Assembly (NCBI GenBank): GCA_965224085.1
Contig: CBDCYI010000005.1
Location: forward strand, 2,080,001-2,144,000
Direction: 5' to 3'
DNA: 64,000 nt
DNA from: Candidatus Marinacidobacterales bacterium
GTDB lineage: Bacteria; Acidobacteriota; Vicinamibacteria; Marinacidobacterales; SMYC01
The position numbers and the translations under genes were made by a program. Below the pieces are notes generated by a model. That model was not told the origin of the DNA and searched no databases. It saw only the letters and a list, made by a program, of their open reading frames with translations. Position 1 is the stretch's first letter, and each line of letters begins with the position of its first letter. Positions 31,680 to 41,679 of the stretch are shown one piece after another.

Positions 31680-33363
31680 GTTCCTGTCCAGAAACACCAT
31701 AACTTGTGGTGTACGAGAGGCCTATCGAAGATGTGGGTATTATACGTTTTCAGTCGGCACCTCGTAGGCTCGGAAGCGAATGAAAATCTTGGACGAAACG
31801 AGAGGCGAATCGTCAGCAATCCATGGCTATAAACGCAGTAAGAGCAATCATTATTATCGTAATAGGTGCCTTGCCATTACCAACAGGTTGCAGGTGATGA
31901 TGGAACTCCATACGTAGGATTTGAAAGAAGGCAATGAGCGCCATGTGCATCGGTCGAGACCAAAGACTCGTTTCAAGAACGAAATGACGCCTTCGATTCC
32001 GCAGCGAAATCGCCGTAGGCGTTGATAGACCCAGGAACTCTTGACCATATCGGTCACCGCGAAGTGAGCCTTGGTAAAGGCAACATCTTCAACTCCCTTG
32101 CCTTTGATGGCTTCCAAGTTTGCCTTTGAAGAAAACGCGCCATCGTAGGCAACCTGGCGCGGGGCCCGTTCGTAGAGTTCGACTTGACGGTCGATCATGG
32201 TTTCCGCGAGAGTTGAATCGGACGGATTCCCATCCAAGATCACGCAATCCAAAATCATCGAGGACGAGCCACCAGTCAAACACACCTTGTGACCGTAGAG
32301 AGTCTCGCGCCGGTCTTTGCGAATAATGTCGGTGTGTTCTTCGAAGATCGAAACGACCTTTTCCTCCGCAGGCACACGCTCTTCATCAATCACTCTACGC
32401 CGAGTTTGGTTGATGACTTTTTCGGTGAGGACGAGAAAGTGCTTAAAATCCGCGGCGATCTTCTCCGCACTCGCTCGCTTCACCGGCTCGGTCAAGCCGG
32501 ACTCGTCCAACTGGTCTGCAACGCGTTGAGCGGAGCGATAGGTTTCTTCCGACACCTTCAGTAGATCTCGATAGACGCGACGCCTTTGTTCCTTATCCTT
32601 CGCGTTTAGAACTCCCAGTCGACGTCTCTTCGCTCGACGCGTTCGATTGCCGAAGACCACTACTGTACCCAGCAGTTCGCGAGTTCGGCACATGAGGCGA
32701 GTGAGAACTCGGACGCAGTCATAAAGAAGCTCGGAGTCCGTAGGAGAATGAATATTCGACTCCACTACCGTGCAGTCCACTCGTACTTTTCTTCCTTTTT
32801 CGATCGCGGTCTTCTCGGCAACACTCACCAACTCTCGGTTGATTTTCTCCAGCGTTTCGAACTTCACGGCTTTGATGTTTGCTGCTAGGGTCGACTTCGA
32901 CGGGCTCGGCTCTATGATGCCGAGCTGGCAAAACGTCCGATAGCTTCGAGAGTCTGCCAAGTGAAACGCCAGCTCCCGATAGGTGAACTGATTCAGCTGC
33001 TTGACCAACAACGCCCGGAGAACCTGCTCCGCGCTCATTCCCCCACGACCAACATCGCTCCCTGCCGATGGGGTGACCGACCTCAGGTCTTGCAGTACCA
33101 GCTCATTGAGCTTAGGATGGGCATCGAGCACCGACGAGATCGCTTCGAGCTCGCGCGCGTGCTCCACCTCCAGCCAGGGCTCGCATAGGCTTGGTTGTGG
33201 AATGATTGTTTTTCGCATTTAGGGCTGGTCTCCTTTGGAGTTAAGTCGTTTAGACTCTTGTTTTTGACGACTTCGATTCTAAGCGACAACCCCTCAGAAG
33301 ACTAGCCCTAAATTTGCGATTACTCCCTTTTTCTCAACCTCTTACGTCCGCCAGGACGGGTAC
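31680..33363 (-). mobile_element. IS element A copy 3 (mosaic; diverged ~33130-33350)
   Basis: Same ends and 1684-bp length; near-identical to copies 1-2 except a substitution cluster in the leader and transposase N-terminus. Confidence 0.9.
31854..33218 (-). CDS. DDE transposase (ISNCY/IS5-like), 454 aa, variant N-terminus
   Basis: Differs from the other copies only within the first ~30 aa (5 substitutions). Confidence 0.92.
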   Translation of the reverse strand: MRKTIIPQPSLCEPWLEVEHARELEAISSVLDAHPKLNELVLQDLRSVTPSAGSDVGRGGMSAEQVLRALLVKQLNQFTYRELAFHLADSRSYRTFCQLGIIEPSPSKSTLAANIKAVKFETLEKINRELVSVAEKTAIEKGRKVRVDCTVVESNIHSPTDSELLYDCVRVLTRLMCRTRELLGTVVVFGNRTRRAKRRRLGVLNAKDKEQRRRVYRDLLKVSEETYRSAQRVADQLDESGLTEPVKRASAEKIAADFKHFLVLTEKVINQTRRRVIDEERVPAEEKVVSIFEEHTDIIRKDRRETLYGHKVCLTGGSSSMILDCVILDGNPSDSTLAETMIDRQVELYERAPRQVAYDGAFSSKANLEAIKGKGVEDVAFTKAHFAVTDMVKSSWVYQRLRRFRCGIEGVISFLKRVFGLDRCTWRSLPSFKSYVWSSIITCNLLVMARHLLR

Positions 33364-36300
33364 TAGCTAGGTTTTCAAATCGCGCGTCACGATGTCGACG
33401 ATCTCCAAAATGCGAAAGCGCTGCTCCGAAGTCACTTCGAGAACCACATCGCGCTTGAGACGCTCGGCGCCTTCGGGGCCGGTCTTCGCCAAAGGCCTGC
33501 GGCGAGATGGCGTGTCCGGAAGTCTTTCTCCTGCTTGATGACTTCGATGAGAAGGGGGATACCCGGCTCACCCATGCTCTCGAGGACCTGCGCCGCTTGA
33601 TGCTGGCGCGAGGGCTCTTTCGACTGAAGCTCGTTCATCAGTAGCGCTTTCGTCGCCACGTCCATCTTACGATTCAGGACGGCGAAGCCTCGACCCGATG
33701 CGTTGGGGTGTTCGAGCAGAGGGCGTTGGCGCTCGCGGAGCTCCGAGAAGATGCGGCTCGCGAGCGCATAGTCCCCAAATTGGAGAGCACCTTTCGTCAT
33801 CTCGTGCAGCAGATTGGCGATCTCGGCGACAAGTCGCTCGTCGTCTTCCTCCTTGAAGGCGAGAATCAAGTAGTCGATGGAGAGCACGGCAAACTGATGT
33901 TGGAGAGCGTGGATGAGCGTGTCCAGGAGCTCGCGGCAGCTACGAACGAGTCTCGACCGCGCTGGACTTTCATGGCTCGTGTAGGAGCCGAAGAGCTTGT
34001 GTAGAACTTTTCTCAACAGGTCTCGATCGCCCTTCATGAGAAGCTCTTTCGCGACCGTCGGCAAGTTCTCCAGGAGTACATCGGTCGCCACGAGCTCGGC
34101 CGTCGTGGCATCGTCCAGCTCAGCCGAAAGACTCTCGTCCGCCTCGACGGACTGGAGCACGTCACCGACCGATACCCCGTAATGACGATCGCTGAATACG
34201 ATGCCCTCGATCCCCTTCTCTTTGGCGAGCTGCTGCCAAAAGGAGGGCTCCAAATCCGGTGGAAGGTCTTTGAGCGCACCGATGAACGCTTCGGAATCCG
34301 CTTCGGTCACGGTCTCCAGAAACTTCAGACTCGTCAGCTCGGTTTCCGTCAAAAAATGGACAAAACTGTCCGAGAGATCTTCAAAGCCCGAACTATTCAC
34401 TCGGTGACCGTTGACGAGAAGGACATCACCTCCGCTCACCGGAATAGTTTTCCGCCTCTTGTCGGCTGAAGGTCTGCTTATCGAAGTCGATGCGGATTTG
34501 CTCGAAGCGTGACGCTTTGTCCCGATCGGAGGAGAGTTTGTAGTGATAGGCGAGGATGGCCGCCGATGTCTCCAAGTGGTCCTGGTGCAGGTCCTCCTGA
34601 TAGGTACCCATGCGCCCGTGCAGCTCTTCGCGACGCAACTGATTCATCGAGCCGTAGACAATGTCGAGGACGCGTTTCGAGAGAAAGCGCATCGTCTCGT
34701 CATTGATGTGGAAATTCGAACGCAATAGTCCGAGATCCTCCGCGCGGTCCATGAACTCCAAGACCTTACTCTCGGAGACTTCCGACGCGCCTGTGACCAT
34801 ACTCAGAGGAACGTCCTCGCCGAGAGTCGAGACTTGCTCGAGGAGCCTACGGCCGTCGTCGTCGAGCGCGGCGAGCTTGTGCATCACGATCTCTTCGAGC
34901 GAGCGCGGCAAATATCCTCGCTCGGTGGCCTCGAGCACCCAGCGCTGCCCCTCCAACTTCAGCTTCTGATCGAGAACGAGCTTGCGAATGATCTCGGAAA
35001 GAAAAAGCGGATTCCCTTGCGTAATCTCGACGAGCTCCTCTGAAAGACCGTCGGGAATCTCGAGGCCCGGAAACACGCCCTCGAGGTGGCTCATGATATC
35101 GGAAGCCTGAAGCGCCCCCAACTTCAGATGCTCGACCGAGACCTCGTCCTCACTCTTCTCGATGAATCGTTTGAACGGAAAGTCTTCGTCCTTCTGCTCC
35201 GGAGCGACAGCCTCAGTGACCGCCCCGCAGACGAGAAAGCTGCGCTTCTGCCGACCCAAGGCTCAGAGCAGAACAAGGCTAGCGTCGTCGACATATTGCA
35301 ATTCGTCTACAAGCAGCACGAGAGGTTTCTCGTCGAGGAGCTTTGTCAGCAAGCGGACGAGTGCTTTGAAGAGTCCTTCTCGCTGCAGCTCCGGAGATTC
35401 GGCGTCTTCCGGCGCGTCGCCTTCGAGATGCGGAAGCACCCGAGAGAGATAGAGATGCTCTTTCGCATCGAGCCCATCGAGAACCGAAACGCCATGATCC
35501 TCGAGGGCGTTCAAGAGAGCAACGATCACGTCTCCGATGGCATAGTAGGCGCGAAATCCCTCCTGTGGCCGGCCGGCGATACGAACCACGTGGAGCGCAT
35601 TGTTTGATGCGAGGCTGCGCCGCACGGTTTCGATGAGGGTGCTCTTGCCCATACCGGGAGCGCCTTCGAGAATAACGAAGCACGATTTTCCCAAGCTCAA
35701 GGCCCCCAGAGCCTCCGAGACCGCTGCAAGCTCGCGGCTTCTCCCTGCGATCTCGGCACCTTCTAAGCGATGAAGCGCCGTTTTGCGTGAGGTCTTCTCG
35801 GCGTCGATCTCGGCGGCGATCGAGACACGATTGCGTCCGAGGGCTTTGGATGTATAGAGCGCGGTGTCCGCGATGCGAATGAGATCGCTACTCGTCGCCG
35901 CATCGTCACGCGCCGAAGCAACACCGATGCTAAGCGAGATCTTCAGCTCTTCATTCCGGCCCTCGAGAGTAAGGGTCTTCTCCTTGGTAAGCTGGTTCAA
36001 TCGATGGGCGTGCTGCACGGCAAAATCGGGCGCGGTATTCGGCATGATCACCATGAACTCATCGCCACCGAAGCGAACGGGGAAGAACGTCTCCCCTGCG
36101 ACTTCCTTGAGAAGCCCGGCGACGAAGTTCAGAGCTTCGTCTCCCGCGTCGTGCCCATAGGTGTCGTTAACTTCTTTGAAGAGGTCGACATCTACGACCA
36201 TCAAAGAGAGAGGGAAGCTCTCCTCGCTTTCCCAACGGACCTTGTGCTCGAAGTAGCTGTGAAGGAATCGGCGGTTATGGAGACCGGTGAGCTCGTCTTC

Positions 36301-36571
36301 GAAGATCAGACGAGCGGGATCCTTCCCTACGTTTTGAAGGAAATCAATGAGCTCTCCGTACTGCATCTAGACGGCAGTCTCCCCGCGAGAATTCCGCTGG
36401 CTGTCCCGGGGTGCAGCCGAACGATATCGGTCCGAATGTGTGTTGTATTAACAGGTTAAAGGATAGAAACGGGACAAGCAACCTATCCGTTTTCCGGGGG
36501 GCAACCGTTTCTAGTTCGGAGGCGCCCGCAATTGCATCCCGGCCACCGACTGGGGTAAGTTCCGTAGAATC

Positions 36572-38197
36572 ATGCACCTACGCCGGCTAATCGTAGCTCT
36601 CGCCACCCTGTCTTTTACCGGGCAAAACGCATGTGCCCAGGAACCGACGCCTCGCCTCGTTCTGCTCCTCACGATCGATCAAGGCCGAGGAGACTACCTC
36701 GAGAGGTTTCAGCCAAGCTTCAAGGGCGGCTTCAAGAGGCTGCTCGAGCGCGGCGTTCTCTTTACCGACGCCCATCATTTTCACGCCGGCACGGTGACCG
36801 CTGCCGGCCACGCCTCGCTTTCGACCGGGCGCTATCCAGCACATTCGGGGATGGTCGGAAACGAGTGGTACGACCGCACCGACGGCAAGCGCGTCTATTG
36901 TGTCGAAGACGCGACGACCCAAACCCTGGTGCCCGAGGGCGCCAAACCGGGTTCCGGCGCCGGGCGCTCGCCGGCGCGGCTTCTCACGACCGGGCTTGGC
37001 GACTGGATTCAAGCAAATGACCCGGACTCCAAGGTTTTTTCGATCGGTGCCAAAGATCGTTCGGCCGTTCTCATGGGAGGCAAGAACGCCCACGGCGCTT
37101 TCTGGTTCGACACGTGGAGCGGCCAGTGGGTGACGAGCACCCACTACACTTCCGAATATTCCGCGTGGGCTCGAGAGTTTCATCGAGAGCGCGCCGCCGA
37201 TCGCTATTTCGGGCGCACGTGGACGCCGCTTGCGGTTTCCCACACGCTTCTCGACGAGATGGATATCGTTGGTACGCCAGACTTCATCCATTCGCTCGGG
37301 CGCGCCGATTTCTACCCGACAACACGTTTCTACAGCGCGCTCTATAACTCGCCGTTCATCGAATCCTATTTGCTCGATTTCGCGAAGAAGCTCGTTGTCG
37401 CGCACGAGCTCGGAGCAGACGAGAGCGTCGATGTGTTCGCGTTGAGCTTTGCGAGCGTCGACACCGTCGGTCACACATACGGGCCGAACAGTCCCGAGGT
37501 ACTGGACACCATGCTTCGCCTCGATCGCGAGCTCGGTGAGCTCTTCGATTTTCTCGACGAAACGATAGGCCTCGCGAACGTCGCCATCTCGCTCTCGGCC
37601 GATCACGGGGTCGCGTCACTTCCGGAATATCAGAGCTCGCACAACCTCCCCGGAGGACGCCTATCGGCGGACGACTACGCTTGCTTCCAGAAGGCGGGGC
37701 GCGCGTTCCAGGAACAATTCGGGAACGACGATTGGTTCCACGAGGCGCTCTATTTCAACGATGAAACTTTGAAGCGGCGGGAAGTCGAGCAGTCTAGCCT
37801 CGAATCCATGATCGCCACCGAGCTCGCTCGCTGTGGGAGCGTCGAGCGGGTTTGGACGCGGACCGAGATCGAGACCGCCTCGGAGGGAGGACTCATGGAC
37901 CCGACGCTCGAGCTCTACGTCCACTCGTTCCATCCCGAGCGTAGCCCGGATCTCTACGTGCAACGCAAGGAAGGTCTTATCGGCGGCGTCCGAGGCACGA
38001 CGCACGGCTCGCCTTACCGCTACGACACGCACGTCGTAGCACTCGTGCAGTGGCCGGGGGCTCAACAGGGCACCGTCGACGAGCGCGTCAACACGGTCGA
38101 TCTACCTGTCACGATCGCGGCCTTGCTCGGCATCAACTTCCCTGACGACGTCGACGGCGTAGACCGCTCGGGTCTCATCCGCGACCAAGGGCGCTAA
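36572..38197 (+). CDS. Alkaline-phosphatase-superfamily protein (PafA/NPP-like), secreted
   Basis: IDQGRGDYL, TVTAAGHASLSTG (Thr nucleophile), KDRSAV, DTVGHTYGP, SADHG, HGSPYRYDTHV. Confidence 0.88.
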   Translation: MHLRRLIVALATLSFTGQNACAQEPTPRLVLLLTIDQGRGDYLERFQPSFKGGFKRLLERGVLFTDAHHFHAGTVTAAGHASLSTGRYPAHSGMVGNEWYDRTDGKRVYCVEDATTQTLVPEGAKPGSGAGRSPARLLTTGLGDWIQANDPDSKVFSIGAKDRSAVLMGGKNAHGAFWFDTWSGQWVTSTHYTSEYSAWAREFHRERAADRYFGRTWTPLAVSHTLLDEMDIVGTPDFIHSLGRADFYPTTRFYSALYNSPFIESYLLDFAKKLVVAHELGADESVDVFALSFASVDTVGHTYGPNSPEVLDTMLRLDRELGELFDFLDETIGLANVAISLSADHGVASLPEYQSSHNLPGGRLSADDYACFQKAGRAFQEQFGNDDWFHEALYFNDETLKRREVEQSSLESMIATELARCGSVERVWTRTEIETASEGGLMDPTLELYVHSFHPERSPDLYVQRKEGLIGGVRGTTHGSPYRYDTHVVALVQWPGAQQGTVDERVNTVDLPVTIAALLGINFPDDVDGVDRSGLIRDQGR

Positions 38198-38203
38198 CGG
38201 ACC

Positions 38204-39346
38204 CTAACGGTCGAAGATCTCTTTCTGAACGATGAGCCGCTGGATCTGGCTCGTACCTTCGTATATTTGGTAGATCTTCGCGTCGCGATAAAGTTTTTCG
38301 ACGGGATATTCCTTGTTGAACCCGTTGCCGCCAAAGACTTGAACGGCGTCGGTGGCCACCTTCACCGCCGTATCCGCGGCAAAGAGCTTCGCGAAGGCAG
38401 CCTGCTTCGTGTTCTGCTTTCCCTGATCGATCGTCCAGGCCGATTCCCACACGAGAAGGCGGGCCGCCTGGATCGCGACCGCCATGTCGGCAATCATGAA
38501 GCCGATCGATTGGTGCTGATAGATCGGCACGCCGAAAGTCTTGCGCTCTTTCGCGTAAGCGACCGCGTGGTCGTAGGCGGATTGCGCGAGACCGATCGCG
38601 GCGGAGGCGACGACGGGGCGCGAGTGGTCGAAGGCCGCCATCGCGGCGCGCCACCCATCCCCTTCCTCACCAAGGCGGTTCGTGGCGGGGACTTTCACGT
38701 CTTGAAAGCTCACCGCGCGCGTGTCTGAGGCACGCTGGCCCATGTTGTTCTCTTTCTTGCCAACGGAGACACCTTCCGAATCTCTGGGAACGATGAAAGC
38801 GCTCATGCCGCGATAGCGTTTCTCGGTATCCGTATAGGCGACGACGAAGTACCACTCGGCGACACCGCCATTCGTGATCCACATCTTGCTGCCGTTGAGG
38901 ACGTAGTCGTCGCCGTGGCGCTTCGCCGTCGTCTTGATGCCCTGGACGTCGCTCCCCGCATCTGGCTCGGTCACGCAATAGGCCGTGAGCAGGAACTCTT
39001 CCGTCAGCGGCGTGAGCCATTTCTTTTTCTGCTCGTCGGTTCCCGCCACGATGACGGGCCCTTCGGCGAGCGTATTGGCCTCCATCGCCGTGCCGATCCC
39101 GCTGCATCCCCAAGCGACCTGCTCAGAGATAAGACAACCTTCGACAACGCCGAGCCCCAAGCCGCCATATTCTTCGGGAATATGGGTGTTCATGAGGCCG
39201 AGCTCCCACGCCTTCCGGCAAATATCTCTCGGATACTCTCCCGTTTCGTCGTGATGCGCGGCGTTGGGCGCGATCTCTTTCTCGGCGAACTCGTGGGCGA
39301 GGTCGCGAAATTGCTGTTGCTCTTCACTCAAACCGAAATCAATCAT
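38204..39346 (-). CDS. Acyl-CoA dehydrogenase
   Basis: [38 protein letters not shown]. Confidence 0.93.
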   Translation of the reverse strand: MIDFGLSEEQQQFRDLAHEFAEKEIAPNAAHHDETGEYPRDICRKAWELGLMNTHIPEEYGGLGLGVVEGCLISEQVAWGCSGIGTAMEANTLAEGPVIVAGTDEQKKKWLTPLTEEFLLTAYCVTEPDAGSDVQGIKTTAKRHGDDYVLNGSKMWITNGGVAEWYFVVAYTDTEKRYRGMSAFIVPRDSEGVSVGKKENNMGQRASDTRAVSFQDVKVPATNRLGEEGDGWRAAMAAFDHSRPVVASAAIGLAQSAYDHAVAYAKERKTFGVPIYQHQSIGFMIADMAVAIQAARLLVWESAWTIDQGKQNTKQAAFAKLFAADTAVKVATDAVQVFGGNGFNKEYPVEKLYRDAKIYQIYEGTSQIQRLIVQKEIFDR

Positions 39347-40275
39347 GACGCGTTCCCCTTGAATTGCGGACGCCTCTTCTCCTCGAAAGCCTGGATTCCC
39401 TCGAGGGCGTCATCCGATCGAAAGCAAGCGAGCTGAGCCTCGGCCTCGAAGTCGAGAACCTCGTCGAGAGACCCTCCTTCGGCGAGCGCTACGGCTTTCT
39501 TGGCGTATTGGATGGAGAGAGGGGGCGCGGCGGCGAGCGCCTCCGCGAGCTCCCAGCTGTCCTTCGCGAGCGCCTCCGATTCGACGACGCGGTTCACGAG
39601 ACCGAGACGCGACGCTTCCGCGGCGTCAATGAGGACGGCGCGCTTGATGTGGCCCACGGCTTTCGAGGCTCGGCCGGGCGGAACAAACTGCGTCGCATAG
39701 TCCAGGATCTGTGCACGGAAATCGTCTCCGTCGAAGACCTCGTTCACCATACCGATGGTCTCCGCTTCGTCGAAGCTCATGAGCTTCCCTGTCGCCATGA
39801 GCTCGATAGCGCGGGATCGCCCGACAAGACGCGCGAGGCGCTGGGTGCCGCCCGTCCCTGGAAGCACACCGAGCTGCACTTCCGGAAGTCCAATTTTTCC
39901 GCCGTCCTTTTTCGCCACCCGCAAATCGGCCGCGAGCGCCACTTCGAGCCCGCCGCCTACCGTGTGGCCGTTCAAGGCCGCGATGACGAGCTTGGGCGTT
40001 TGCTCGAATCGGTTCAGCGTTTCGTTCGCGTGGAGACAAAAATAATATTTGAAGCTCGGCGCCGCTTCGTTGAGCATGTTGATATCCGCACCGGCGCAGA
40101 AGAACTTCTCCCCTGCACCGGTGAGCACGATAACGTGCACGCTGTCGTCCAAGCGCGCCGCGAGAAGCGCGCGGTCGAGCTCTTGCATCATCTCGTAGCT
40201 GTAAGTATTGGCGGGCGGAGCTTCGAGCTCGAAGAGCGCGACGCCGTCCTGTCGCGAATCGTTGACGAGCACCAT
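39343..40275 (-). CDS. Enoyl-CoA hydratase/isomerase-family protein, apparent in-frame chimera of two paralogues
   Basis: FFCAGADI, HTVGGGLE, LPEVQLGVLPGTGGTQRL; after HIKRAV a second LIDAAEASRLGLVNRVV...FEEKRRPQFKG C-terminal module. Confidence 0.8.
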   Translation of the reverse strand: MVLVNDSRQDGVALFELEAPPANTYSYEMMQELDRALLAARLDDSVHVIVLTGAGEKFFCAGADINMLNEAAPSFKYYFCLHANETLNRFEQTPKLVIAALNGHTVGGGLEVALAADLRVAKKDGGKIGLPEVQLGVLPGTGGTQRLARLVGRSRAIELMATGKLMSFDEAETIGMVNEVFDGDDFRAQILDYATQFVPPGRASKAVGHIKRAVLIDAAEASRLGLVNRVVESEALAKDSWELAEALAAAPPLSIQYAKKAVALAEGGSLDEVLDFEAEAQLACFRSDDALEGIQAFEEKRRPQFKGNAS

Positions 40276-41678
40276 CAGCCTTTTCTCACATATTCGAACT
40301 CGAATGGTTGACCCTTCACGCCCGATCGCGGGGGCGCTATCCAATTGGCAATTTGCCCCGGCTCGGTGACCGCATGCATCAAGCTTCGGACATAGGCGCG
40401 ATCGTCTTCCACCGGCAGCCAGAGATCCTTCTTCTCGTTCCAGACCTTCGCCGAGATGAGCTCGCCCGCGGGATTGAAGAAATGACCCGCATAGGCGCCG
40501 ATTTGGCGGTGAAAACGCCGATGCGGCATCGTCAAACGATCGGAGATGCCGGCATCTTCGAGAGTCTTGTTCCAGCGCTTGACCCCGCGCTCGCAATCCT
40601 CGATATAGTCGTCGCGCAACACTTCGTTCATGGCATTGCGCATCGGTATCTCTTCCTGCACGATCTTCCCGTCTTTTACGAGCTCCATCTGGTAGCAACT
40701 ATCGAGACATTTATGCTCGTCATAGCCGTCTTCGCGATTGCGCCCTTTGACGCCCGTGGCAAAGTACTGCGCCGCGTTCGTCGAGACTTCACCCCCGAAG
40801 AGATCCGTCGAGACGCTCACCCAGAAATTCAAATATTTCTGGATCGTTTCAAGGTCGACGCCGCCATGCCGGCGCACGTCGTCGCCGTGCTCCCCCATCA
40901 GCTGAGCGGTACGCTCGACGATGCGGCCGACCCCGGTTTCTCCTACCGACATGTGGAACGCTTCTTCCGTCAGCATGAACTTGGTCGTGCGAGAGAGCGG
41001 GTCGAAACCGCTCTCCGCGAGCGCGAGAAGCTGATATTTTCCGTCGCGGTCGGTGAACATGGTGAACATGTAGAAGTTCAGCCAGTCTTCGCATGGCTCG
41101 TTGAACGCACCAAGAATGCGGGGCTTGTCATCGTTGCCGCTCCGGCGCACGAGCAAATCCTCTGCCTCTTCGCGGCCGTCGCGGCCGAAATACGAGTGAA
41201 GGAGGTACACCATCGCCCATAGGTGGCGGCCTTCCTCGACGTTGACTTGAAACAGACTGCGGAGGTCGTAGAGACTCGGCGCCGTCTTTCCGAGCTGGCG
41301 CTGCTGCTCGACGCTCGCGGGCTCGGTATCGCCTTGAGTCACGATGAGTCGGCGCAGTTGGGTGCGGAGTTCACCCGGAACATCCTGCCACACGGGCTCG
41401 CCCTCGTGATCCCCGAAGCCGATCCTGCGATCCTCTTCCGGTGGCGTCAGGAAGATCCCCCAACGATACTCGGGCATCTTGACGTAGTCGTAATGAGCCC
41501 AACCGCCAGCATCGACCGAGATGGCCGTGCGGAGATAGACATCGTCGTTCTGGAAACCGTCGGGGCCCATCTCCATCCACCAATCGACATAGTTGGGCTG
41601 CCACTTCTCGAGCGCACGCTTGAGCTTGGGATCGCTCGACAGGTTTACGTTGTTCGGGATCTTCTCGTGAAGCTCCAT
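40275..41678 (-). CDS. boxB: Benzoyl-CoA 2,3-epoxidase subunit BoxB
   Basis: KIPNNVNL, QGDTEPASVEQQR, VNVEEGRHLWAM, TDRDGKYQL, LTEEAFHM di-iron motifs. Confidence 0.93.
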   Translation of the reverse strand: MELHEKIPNNVNLSSDPKLKRALEKWQPNYVDWWMEMGPDGFQNDDVYLRTAISVDAGGWAHYDYVKMPEYRWGIFLTPPEEDRRIGFGDHEGEPVWQDVPGELRTQLRRLIVTQGDTEPASVEQQRQLGKTAPSLYDLRSLFQVNVEEGRHLWAMVYLLHSYFGRDGREEAEDLLVRRSGNDDKPRILGAFNEPCEDWLNFYMFTMFTDRDGKYQLLALAESGFDPLSRTTKFMLTEEAFHMSVGETGVGRIVERTAQLMGEHGDDVRRHGGVDLETIQKYLNFWVSVSTDLFGGEVSTNAAQYFATGVKGRNREDGYDEHKCLDSCYQMELVKDGKIVQEEIPMRNAMNEVLRDDYIEDCERGVKRWNKTLEDAGISDRLTMPHRRFHRQIGAYAGHFFNPAGELISAKVWNEKKDLWLPVEDDRAYVRSLMHAVTEPGQIANWIAPPRSGVKGQPFEFEYVRKG

Positions 41679-41679
41679 C

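Larger units (their letters stand above)
25717..36366 (-). pseudogene. Large GGDEF / AAA-ATPase / HEAT-repeat signalling protein, fragmented and interrupted by the IS array
   Basis: DELTGLHNRR, DVDLFKEVNDTYGHDAGD, RFGGDEF; Walker A GAPGMGKS and VDELQYVD; TQGNPLFL; HEAT repeats either side of the array; nonsense TGA at 35263, frameshifts near 34435, 33490 and 25950. Confidence 0.8.

Noticed and set aside
31280-31680. C-terminal extension of the 553-aa transposase as a new domain
   Set aside because: Best explained as out-of-frame read-through over the passenger gene after a 2-nt loss.
26267-33370. Regularly recurring CTAGCTAG as a CRISPR-like or integron-like array
   Set aside because: Units are 1.7-2 kb transposase-bearing elements with terminal inverted repeats; no cas or integrase gene and no attC-like sites.
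35260-35265. In-frame TGA in the GGDEF/AAA gene (LVLL*ALGRQ) as another selenocysteine
   Set aside because: The downstream hairpin lacks the AGU loop, the context fits CGA to TGA in a helix, and the gene has several other lesions.
36440-36520. Inverted repeat TAGAAACGG/CCGTTTCTA upstream of the GGDEF gene as a c-di-GMP riboswitch
   Set aside because: I cannot find the GEMM consensus features; it may be an operator or chance. An Rfam scan would settle it.
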